From a virus, in the IMG/VR virus record IMGVR_UViG_3300021963_000055, positions 32,001 to 96,000 of that record: a DNA stretch of 64,000 bases; one strand, given 5' to 3'. The position numbers and the translations under genes are program-made. The notes under the pieces were generated by a model. The model saw only the letters and a list, made by a program, of their open reading frames with translations. It did no database searches and had not been told where the DNA came from. Shown here one piece after another: positions 56,844 to 64,000 of this stretch (position 1 is the stretch's first letter; every line of letters starts with the position of its first letter).

Positions 56844-57113
56844 TCAGTCAGGAAGAATACAGAATGAAGCACAGAACTGTCGAACCCATTCTAGTGTGGC
56901 ACGGTAGCCTCTGGGATTCGACATCACCATACTAGCACCTTTTCGGGGATTGTGGGCGATGGCAACATACTTGTAAACATCAGGGGATTCTTCAATCTCT
57001 TCAATCCACATCTGGTTCACGTCACCATCTTGCCAATCCCAGCGACTGGTGGTGTAATGGTACACTTCACGGAATCGTGGTTTGACTGGTGTGAGTGTGA
57101 TGATGTCGTTCAT
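56844..57113 (-). CDS. Hypothetical protein
   Basis: ORF track; tight operon spacing. Confidence 0.6.
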   Translation of the reverse strand: MNDIITLTPVKPRFREVYHYTTSRWDWQDGDVNQMWIEEIEESPDVYKYVAIAHNPRKGASMVMSNPRGYRATLEWVRQFCASFCILPD

Positions 57114-57114
57114 T

Positions 57115-57390
57115 TCAAACAGTCTCCTGATAGATTTTCATACCCTTACGGAGACGGATTGTATCATCAATCATTTCACCAACCTGTTCGTAAATGTAGG
57201 AAGAACCTCCTACATCACAGAGAACATCTTCAGTGAGTTCTTTAGAGAAACGCACTTCGTCGCAGTTTTCACCAACGATCTCAAATACATCATCTTGAGT
57301 GAATACAAACGCAGCACAACCTGCGTTCTCACCTTGACGCTCAATCATTTGGTTGATTGAGTCACGAAGTTCAGAAAGTGTGCGGTACAT
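57115..57390 (-). CDS. Hypothetical protein
   Basis: ORF track; promoter-like TTGACA-17-TAACCT at 57417-57445. Confidence 0.65.
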   Translation of the reverse strand: MYRTLSELRDSINQMIERQGENAGCAAFVFTQDDVFEIVGENCDEVRFSKELTEDVLCDVGGSSYIYEQVGEMIDDTIRLRKGMKIYQETV

Positions 57391-57419
57391 GGGTTGGTTC
57401 CCTTGACTACCTCAGTAGG

Positions 57420-57605
57420 TTAACCGATCTGCGGGGGCATGTCAACCTTTGATTCATTAGCCTTCTTAATACGTGCGGAACGTTTCCGCATTTCATACTG
57501 ATGGTTCCGTGTGAAAGCATAAAGAATCACAACAAGTGCTCCAGCTAGTCCAGCAACAGCTGCGATAGCATTGACTTCAACAGGGAATGTAGTGGTTTCA
57601 ATCAT
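57420..57605 (-). CDS. Small single-TM protein
   Basis: Hydrophobic AIAAVAGLAGALVVILYAF followed by a basic tail. Confidence 0.55.
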   Translation of the reverse strand: MIETTTFPVEVNAIAAVAGLAGALVVILYAFTRNHQYEMRKRSARIKKANESKVDMPPQIG

Positions 57606-57870
57606 TGAGAATACCTTCAAGATGGTCAAGACAGAGTGTAACATAGGTTTGATCTTCTTCGATCAGTTCACGATACTCTGCATAGAGAGCATCAGCAATT
57701 CTGAAGTTCTTGTGCATTGTTTTGTAGGTCTTAGCCTTTACTGCACGATTATTGAACTTCTCCATTCTCTCCATAGCATTTGCATGTGAGAGATAGATTG
57801 AATAATCAGCTTCGTCCATTATGGTTGGGATCTCCTTTACCTTCAAGTGATTTTGCAAGAAGTTCTGCAT
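57598..57870 (-). CDS. Hypothetical protein
   Basis: Start moved downstream of promoter TTGACA-18-TATGAT (57890-57919). Confidence 0.55.
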   Translation of the reverse strand: MQNFLQNHLKVKEIPTIMDEADYSIYLSHANAMERMEKFNNRAVKAKTYKTMHKNFRIADALYAEYRELIEEDQTYVTLCLDHLEGILND

Positions 57871-57960
57871 ACTTCTCAAGATATGCTGTATCATAGGCTG
57901 CTAGATGGTTCTTTGTCAATTCTTTGTGCATGTTGTTGAGGTTAATCCAATCTTCTGTGT

Positions 57961-58575
57961 TCATAGTTCTAGGTCCACGTAATTTAATTCAGCCAAACCG
58001 ATATATTCAACACCTTTGTATATGGTGTGGTGATCAACATGCCAGTGACCATGAATGAATAGATCAGGTTTGTGAATCTCTAGTATATTATCAAGAAATT
58101 GACGAGTTATAGATGTGTCGTCATATTTCGTTAGATTACACTTAGAGCACACTATGTAGGTGAGGCTTTCTGGCATTTCATGTGCCACTACAACTTGTGG
58201 TTTCAGTTTCTCATAGTCATCGCACAACTTTAGAAACTGCTTGTAAGATAACTCTTCATCACTCCACCAGTTTAGTCCTTCTGTTCTCATGTGTGCATCA
58301 ATTGATTTTGCACCACCAACACAGAAGATCTTATCATGAATCAAAGTACCATCTTTTATCCAGAATGGATGATTTGCACATACATTTGGATTGTCATGGT
58401 TGCCACGAATAAACTTGTGGTCTCCCTTTTTCATGTGATCATATGGTGGATTGGAATGACCAGAGAATCCTACACCGAAATCACCAACTTGAATTGAAAC
58501 ATCGCATTCATTGATGATCTTCTTGTATCGTTTCCAATTGCCATGAACATCACCAATGAAGCGAATAGTTTTCAT
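57961..58575 (-). CDS. Calcineurin-like metallophosphoesterase
   Basis: GDVHG, QVGDFG, RGNHD, GGAKSID, HGHWH. Confidence 0.9.
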   Translation of the reverse strand: MKTIRFIGDVHGNWKRYKKIINECDVSIQVGDFGVGFSGHSNPPYDHMKKGDHKFIRGNHDNPNVCANHPFWIKDGTLIHDKIFCVGGAKSIDAHMRTEGLNWWSDEELSYKQFLKLCDDYEKLKPQVVVAHEMPESLTYIVCSKCNLTKYDDTSITRQFLDNILEIHKPDLFIHGHWHVDHHTIYKGVEYIGLAELNYVDLEL

Positions 58576-58895
58576 TTCTTAAGCCATTTATACAGAAGAT
58601 AGATGCCCCCAATTACAATGAGAGCAAGAATAATGTAGCGGAACACCCAAATAGCAAGCAAGCATAAAAGTATCAGAACTCCACCAAAACTAACATCAGG
58701 ACTGAAACTAGATGATGAAGATGAATCGCTGCTAGATGATTTACTAATTGGATTGCAAAACTTTACTTCCTTTGCCCCATACATTGACTTTACTTGTGCA
58801 ATTGCATCTTCACGCCATGGTCCAGGAGTTTCGATTTCTACATTCTGAAGCACATTGGATTGTGTCAGAATGAGTGCTTTCCAATAGTGTGTCAT
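58572..58895 (-). CDS. Hypothetical membrane protein
   Basis: Ser-rich linker followed by two hydrophobic segments. Confidence 0.65.
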   Translation of the reverse strand: MTHYWKALILTQSNVLQNVEIETPGPWREDAIAQVKSMYGAKEVKFCNPISKSSSSDSSSSSSFSPDVSFGGVLILLCLLAIWVFRYIILALIVIGGIYLLYKWLKK

Positions 58896-58896
58896 G

Positions 58897-59073
58897 TCAG
58901 CGACTCATGCGATAGATGATACAACGCTTGAACTCTTGCCATTCAGTATCACTAAAATTGTCGCTAGCATAAGGAATGCCAACATCAGAGGCACATTGCT
59001 TTGCAACACTTTCAGGAACAGGAGTCGATAGGAAATCATACTGAACAACTGTAGCAAGTAGAAAGGGAAGCAT
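58897..59073 (-). CDS. Small hypothetical protein (58 aa)
   Basis: MLPFLLATVVQYDFLSTPVPESVAKQCASDVGIPYASDNFSDTEWQEFKRCIIYRMSR; TGATG coupling. Confidence 0.6.
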   Translation of the reverse strand: MLPFLLATVVQYDFLSTPVPESVAKQCASDVGIPYASDNFSDTEWQEFKRCIIYRMSR

Positions 59074-59303
59074 CAGTTTTCCTCAGTTGGGGTGAAACGA
59101 TCAGACCAAAGTTCATAGAACATTTCTTTCATGTTCTCAACCATAGTATATCGTTGAATGATGGGGTTGTCAAGTGGGAGATCCCACATACCATCATCAT
59201 ATGGAGACACAAGTTGAAATGCCTCCATTGTGTGGCATAGAATTTCATTCAACAATTCGTGTTGAGATTCAGTCAGAGTGACTGTGATGTTACCTTCGTT
59301 CAT
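59073..59303 (-). CDS. Hypothetical protein
   Basis: ORF track, start moved to MNEGN. Confidence 0.55.
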   Translation of the reverse strand: MNEGNITVTLTESQHELLNEILCHTMEAFQLVSPYDDGMWDLPLDNPIIQRYTMVENMKEMFYELWSDRFTPTEEN

Positions 59304-59305
59304 AA

Positions 59306-59569
59306 TCAGTTTTTGTTTACAGTAACGAGGCCAGAGAATACAAGTCGAACACCAAGAATGATGCCCCAGACTTGCCAAATAGTCAGTGCAGTGTAATTAA
59401 ATAAGCTAACCAGAATCCAGTGAACAATCCATGCTACAGGAATCATGAGTAGAGCACTCAAAGCGAATGCAAATACTGCAACGATGATAAGCCCTGTAAT
59501 AGCACCTAGAGCTTCAGCCCAGGTATAGTTTTTGTTGTCCATGCGTTTGCGTCGTCGTGTGTAGGTCAA
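59306..59569 (-). CDS. Hypothetical membrane protein
   Basis: Hydrophobic; TTG start with SD GGAGG; promoter TTGACA-17-TATTGT at 59593-59621. Confidence 0.6.
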   Translation of the reverse strand: MTYTRRRKRMDNKNYTWAEALGAITGLIIVAVFAFALSALLMIPVAWIVHWILVSLFNYTALTIWQVWGIILGVRLVFSGLVTVNKN

Positions 59570-59648
59570 GAAACCTCCGTGTCAACAAAGACACAATAGG
59601 TCAGATTGGCTGGGCTGTCAAGTGGTATGTGACAGCCCATGGACTGGA

Positions 59649-60890
59649 TCAGTCAACATAGTATTCAGGTGGGATGCCCTGCCTGAATACGAAGTCTACC
59701 ACACTCTGGAGCCGTTGCTGGATGTTCTTGCCATGGTTCTTGTGAACTGGTACAGTCACAAAGCCATATGATTTACGATAGGACAGATAATCACCAGGAG
59801 TGAGTACACCATTGGCCATATCTTGTGCATCTTCTCTATCAACACGAATAACTCGGCCAATAGTTTGACACATTTCAATCACGTTGAGATTTCGCAGGAG
59901 AATGGAGTGCGTGAGCCCTGGACAGTTGATGCCCTCACTCAAAATAGAATAGTGAAACAATACAAACTTCTTTTGTCTGTCTTGACCCCATTTAGTCATG
60001 GTGTCAAAGAATACTTCACGATTCACTTTCTTGTCATTGACATATGCACCTTCTTTAGATGTGATGTGCATAATCTCATAGCCACGTTGTTTGAATTGAT
60101 TCATGACATCAGTACGAAACAACATCTGACATAAAACCTTGGTACTAGGTGCAGCAACTAGTACTTTTTGAGATTTATTTGAGTCTAGGCCATCTAGTAT
60201 GGATAATAGCGTTTTAGCATCATGTTTTGCTGCATTATCTTTCTCACGCACACCATCTACCTCAAAGACTTGCACCATGGGAGGAATGATGCTACCATTC
60301 TCAATCAACTCAGGTGCAGGTACATTCTCAATAACTTGACCAAACACAATAGAGTTATTCATGCCACGACCTTTTGGATTCTGTGACAGTTTAGGTGTAG
60401 CAGTGAAGTAATATGCAGACTCTGCATGTTGAGACATCATTGCAGTAGAAACAAAGAAGTCTCGCTTACAGGCATTGTGAGCCTCATCAAAGTAGACTGT
60501 ATCAATGTGTATTCCACTGTCAACAATACGATGAAGAGAATGATAAGTAGTAAAAAGTAGTTGGTGTTCATTATTAGATTTAACCATGTTGTGGAACATG
60601 GTGATATGATCAGGATTAGTTGTAGAGAAGTGCTTAGTCTCGCCAGAATGAATGTGAGCAACCACAGCATTCTTGATTTCTTGAGTAAACTCTGCACATA
60701 ACTGATTCGCAAGCAAGATGCGAGGAGCAACAATCAGTGCAGTAAAAGGTTTGTCTGATTCTGATAATCTACGCATGAGATCACGAATCATGATCAGAGT
60801 CTTGCCACCACCTGTAGGAACATATACCTGGCCCATACGAACCAGTTCCATCTTGGTGAGGCTTCGGGCTTGGTGGGGACGGAGCTTCAT
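59649..60890 (-). CDS. Superfamily 2 (DEAH, type III restriction Res-like) helicase
   Basis: LRPHQ, PTGGGKT, FDEAH, FTATP, ILSEGIN, QTIGRVIR; start at MKLRPHQ, downstream of promoter TTGACA-18-TATGGT (60912-60941). Confidence 0.9.
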   Translation of the reverse strand: MKLRPHQARSLTKMELVRMGQVYVPTGGGKTLIMIRDLMRRLSESDKPFTALIVAPRILLANQLCAEFTQEIKNAVVAHIHSGETKHFSTTNPDHITMFHNMVKSNNEHQLLFTTYHSLHRIVDSGIHIDTVYFDEAHNACKRDFFVSTAMMSQHAESAYYFTATPKLSQNPKGRGMNNSIVFGQVIENVPAPELIENGSIIPPMVQVFEVDGVREKDNAAKHDAKTLLSILDGLDSNKSQKVLVAAPSTKVLCQMLFRTDVMNQFKQRGYEIMHITSKEGAYVNDKKVNREVFFDTMTKWGQDRQKKFVLFHYSILSEGINCPGLTHSILLRNLNVIEMCQTIGRVIRVDREDAQDMANGVLTPGDYLSYRKSYGFVTVPVHKNHGKNIQQRLQSVVDFVFRQGIPPEYYVD

Positions 60891-60937
60891 GGGTGATGAA
60901 CGAATGGGTCCACCATACCATGGCAGACCCACACATG

Positions 60938-62743
60938 TCAATAGCCTATCTTCAAATATACTGGATTCAAACGATTTACCATTTTCTTCAATCTTTGTCT
61001 GCCACCAAGATTTTTAAGATTTATGTGTCTACCATCGAATATAATCAATCCAATTGAAGATGCTGCTGCATATAGTGACATAACAAATGAATCTTTAATC
61101 CAGTCATGAACTATTTTTTCATGAGATACAACATATGATGCCATTTCAAACATCGACATCTTTTGTGCATATGATTCTGCTTTATTAGATATGCTACTGA
61201 ATTTAGGATATTTATCACTAAAATTAAAATTGCCAAGTGGTTTCATATTTTTAGATAAACGATTGACATATTCAAATAGTATTTGTTTTACTTGTTCATC
61301 AGTTCTATTGTTCATTAAGTCTGTGATTAATGCTTTAAAATCACCTTCCGTCAACATTTTTCCAGATTTAATAATAGGTGACTTGCTATACTTAGAAAAG
61401 ACTTCCTTTCTAGATTTTAATAATGCACTCATAAAAGCTGCTTTTCTTGGAAGTTTCAATATAATTTTCTGAAATAGATATTGCCTTGCAATTCCGCCAA
61501 GTCCAGCATTAGAAGTACTTTTATCTGGCATGATATGTATTTGCCCACTAGTAAACCATAATTTATTACCTTTAAATTTTCCTTTTTTGAACTGCGTCTT
61601 AAACGGAATATCCATTCCTTGCTTGCCAATACCTAAATTTGCAGAATCAAATTCAATGTCTATCATATCATTAATTTTTTTAATAAATGATTGTTTAGAA
61701 TTTGTATCAAATAATTCTATAACTGCTTTCATATATTCATCTTCCAACGATTTAGAATCATCTAACTTATATGAACCTACCACTTTAATTCTTGACGTGA
61801 TGAAATTGTCATCCGTAGAATCTATATCCTTAGTTACTAATTGTTTCAATGAAATAGGAATAATTACTCCATTTTTAAACGCATGATTCATAAAATGTCT
61901 ATATTGATTGTGAGTTAATTTTTTATCTTTACGATTAAATACAGCCATTACTTTTTCATACATTTCATCACTTTCATCATAGATGTACATGTCTGCCGTA
62001 GTAAGTTTATCTGGAGATGAATAATAATTTGATTCTGTCGATTGAATCCTTTTGAATGGACCACTTTTTAAATGAGATGCAGATTTTTCTTCTGCAACAG
62101 TATATTCCGAGAGAGTTTTAGATAAGTTTAATTTAGACTTATTTGCATATATTGTTTTTGCATTAGCATATGCATCCACAAGATACATGTAATTATCATT
62201 GTGTGACATAATTTGAAAATCTTTAACATCACTCTTAATGAGTAATTTATTTGATTTTGTTATATTTCCTGTTTCTAAATTAAACAATATATCATATATT
62301 TTAACTTTTGGATTGTTGAAGAAGTAGTTAATTACATAACAAATAAATTCTTGTCTGAATTCAACTTTAGGTTTTGTAGCTGATGTAAAATTATAATATT
62401 TTACAGTATCTGCAGGATTGAATGCAAGTCCAGTTAGTTTTGATATTGCCCCAATAATTGCAGATTGTGTAAAACCTAGTTTAGGTTTATTTGAATCTAT
62501 CATAGTTTCCAATACTATTCTAGATATGCATATTTTATTTCCAATATCATAACAAAATTTCTCAGTGTCTTTAAGAGTTTTTAATTTATTTCTTGTTTCT
62601 ACTCTGCTTCGTTCTTTTATATTTTTTGGCTGATCTATTTGAACTAAATTATCTCTACATGCGATTAAAAACTCATCCAATACTGAACTATTTTTTAATT
62701 TAGTGTCGTTCAATACATCCTTTACTGTGTAAATAGTAGTCAT
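60938..62743 (-). CDS. Large low-GC basic protein, possible PD-(D/E)XK nuclease fold
   Basis: PDKLTTADMYIY...IIPISLKQ motif; late promoter CTAAATA at 62766-62772. Confidence 0.6.
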   Translation of the reverse strand: MTTIYTVKDVLNDTKLKNSSVLDEFLIACRDNLVQIDQPKNIKERSRVETRNKLKTLKDTEKFCYDIGNKICISRIVLETMIDSNKPKLGFTQSAIIGAISKLTGLAFNPADTVKYYNFTSATKPKVEFRQEFICYVINYFFNNPKVKIYDILFNLETGNITKSNKLLIKSDVKDFQIMSHNDNYMYLVDAYANAKTIYANKSKLNLSKTLSEYTVAEEKSASHLKSGPFKRIQSTESNYYSSPDKLTTADMYIYDESDEMYEKVMAVFNRKDKKLTHNQYRHFMNHAFKNGVIIPISLKQLVTKDIDSTDDNFITSRIKVVGSYKLDDSKSLEDEYMKAVIELFDTNSKQSFIKKINDMIDIEFDSANLGIGKQGMDIPFKTQFKKGKFKGNKLWFTSGQIHIMPDKSTSNAGLGGIARQYLFQKIILKLPRKAAFMSALLKSRKEVFSKYSKSPIIKSGKMLTEGDFKALITDLMNNRTDEQVKQILFEYVNRLSKNMKPLGNFNFSDKYPKFSSISNKAESYAQKMSMFEMASYVVSHEKIVHDWIKDSFVMSLYAAASSIGLIIFDGRHINLKNLGGRQRLKKMVNRLNPVYLKIGY

Positions 62744-62771
62744 CTAGACTGTACTGCATTTTAAATATTTA

Positions 62772-62798
62772 GAAAAAAAGAGGGTCTTTCGACCCTCT
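62772..62798 (-). terminator. Rho-independent terminator
   Basis: AGAGGGTC-GAAA-GACCCTCT plus T-run on minus; same stem as 45835-45854. Confidence 0.9.
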
Positions 62799-62802
62799 AA
62801 AA

Positions 62803-63213
62803 TCACTTATTCATTTGAAGTGTCGGAACTGGCATTCCACCTTCAGTCGGTACATAGATGGTCACGTTACCATTCTTGCTACCATCTTCAAGACCAGTGA
62901 TATACAGATACTGAAGATACTCACGATTATCCTTCAGACTGTCACCAATAATCTGGTTTGCCTTAGCAACACCAGTAGCACGGATGATCTCAGCATCAGC
63001 AAGTTGTTGTGCTGAATCTTTCTTTGCTTGTGCTTCCAGTACTGCTACCTGTCGGGTGTATTCTGCTTTCTGCAGTTCTGCTTTACCTGCAAGAGATTGT
63101 TGCCACACATTGTATTGTGGACCACCAATGAAGATGAGACCACCAATCACAAAAAAACCACCGACAATCAGAATAACAGCGGGGTCAATAAAACCATTAC
63201 GATCAGTTTTCAT
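62803..63213 (-). CDS. Membrane-anchored SPFH/band-7-like coiled-coil protein
   Basis: TM helix, PQYNVWQQ..AGKAEL, AEIIRATGVAKANQIIGDSL, YVPTEGGMP. Confidence 0.7.
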   Translation of the reverse strand: MKTDRNGFIDPAVILIVGGFFVIGGLIFIGGPQYNVWQQSLAGKAELQKAEYTRQVAVLEAQAKKDSAQQLADAEIIRATGVAKANQIIGDSLKDNREYLQYLYITGLEDGSKNGNVTIYVPTEGGMPVPTLQMNK

Positions 63214-63391
63214 AAATCATTCCTTCCATTTGTGCAGAGAGTTCAAGAAGTTCATTCTTGAGTTTTAGATTTTCTTCTTCAAGAATCCCAAGCCTACGCT
63301 TGAGATCAAGGTTTTCAGAATACAAACACATTGCATCAAGTTCTGCATCTGTGTATTTGTTTGTGGTGCCTGAAATTGTGAATTCATTCAT
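63203..63391 (-). CDS. Small coiled-coil hypothetical protein
   Basis: ORF track; overlaps its neighbours. Confidence 0.55.
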   Translation of the reverse strand: MNEFTISGTTNKYTDAELDAMCLYSENLDLKRRLGILEEENLKLKNELLELSAQMEGMIYEN

Positions 63392-63555
63392 TTGAGACCA
63401 ACCTCTTTGAGATAATCATGATACCGCATGAATCTTGTGAGTGATGGATGTCCTGGCGGCTTCAGGCTCCAACAGCATTCAGTATAGGACAAAAACTCAT
63501 ACCAAGGAGTCGTTGGGTCCAGTACGTGGACTGGTACATCATTAGAGTTTTCCAC
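63388..63555 (-). CDS. Small hypothetical protein (55 aa)
   Basis: GTG start; ...DVPVHVLDPTTPWYEFLSYTECCWSLKPPGHPSLTRFMRYHDYLKEVGLK; ATGA overlap downstream. Confidence 0.55.
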   Translation of the reverse strand: MENSNDVPVHVLDPTTPWYEFLSYTECCWSLKPPGHPSLTRFMRYHDYLKEVGLK

Positions 63556-63778
63556 CTACCACCCCTTCGTAAGATTTACTGTCGGAAAAACCTTCTTGTT
63601 TTCCTTTAAGATAGAATCTTGTTGCAGCGATGCAAGATTCTCGTGAGAGAGAAGTAATAAGCGAGTCCCCATTCTTATGAAAACTCTTCCAAGTTTTCCA
63701 GCGACTTTGTTCAACACGGAATTCATCATCAATCCAGTCTACCTCTGCAATTTCAGGATGTTCGTTTTGGTTTGTCAT
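63542..63778 (-). CDS. Conserved cyanophage hypothetical protein
   Basis: WIDDEFRVE..RW.TW.S...TRFYLKGKQEGF...YEGVVGGKL. Confidence 0.7.
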   Translation of the reverse strand: MTNQNEHPEIAEVDWIDDEFRVEQSRWKTWKSFHKNGDSLITSLSRESCIAATRFYLKGKQEGFSDSKSYEGVVGGKL

Positions 63779-64000
63779 TCAAATTCTCCAGTGCGGTTCT
63801 TGATTGTTCCTGACAAATATACTCCCTCAATTCGGGTGTCTCCGTCCATTCCCAGATAGTTCCGTCTTTCTGAGTATAACTTTTCGGCATAGTTTGCATT
63901 TTCATAAATTTCTACCTCAACTTTAATTTCTCGGTCATTCCAATGTCTTACCACTCCAGCAATAATAAATGCATTGGTAATAAGATATGTAGTAAAGATA
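63775..64000 (-). CDS. Hypothetical membrane protein, 3' part
   Basis: ...IFTTYLITNAFIIAGVVRHWNDREIKVEVEIYEN...NRTGEFE*; the start lies beyond the window. Confidence 0.6.
   Translation of the reverse strand, partial: IFTTYLITNAFIIAGVVRHWNDREIKVEVEIYENANYAEKLYSERRNYLGMDGDTRIEGVYLSGTIKNRTGEFE

Noticed and set aside
1-64000. tRNA genes, integrase/transposase, reverse transcriptase/DGR, psbA/hli genes
   Set aside because: None recognised by eye; a tRNAscan or HMM run would be needed to exclude them formally.

Overview
A 64-kb segment of a T4-like cyanomyovirus genome (Kyanoviridae-like; the host is probably a Synechococcus/Cyanobium-type cyanobacterium, which is an inference). Nearly all real genes lie on the minus strand. 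In transcription order (right to left) the window has three parts. (1) ~64.0-50.9 kb: an early/accessory region of many small genes behind sigma70-type promoters, with an SF2 helicase, a metallophosphoesterase, nuclease-like genes, a GP88-like gene, a repeat-rich origin-like locus at ~54.35-54.75 kb and a GC-rich island at ~50.9-52.8 kb. (2) ~49.6-8.6 kb: the late virion module (PAAR, gp25, gp6, giant gp7-like, gp8, VrlC-like, gp13-16, gp17-23, gp3) with TAAATA late promoters. (3) ~8.6-0 kb: uvsY, uvsW, gp55, gp47, gp46, a peptidase/VWA gene and the 5' part of cobS. The most notable observations are these. A candidate programmed -1 frameshift (G_GGA_AAG, 5-nt spacer, 7-bp GC stem) joins a head-protein ORF to an otherwise startless C-terminal module. 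Several early promoters carry an HLR1/RpaB-like box at a fixed position (~-44). An unannotated nblA-like gene sits inside the structural operon. A lone plus-strand ART-like protein begins with a T4 capsid-targeting sequence. Two perfect-consensus antisense sigma70 promoters are present, one in an origin-like context. All calls come from reading the sequence by eye; no searches were run.
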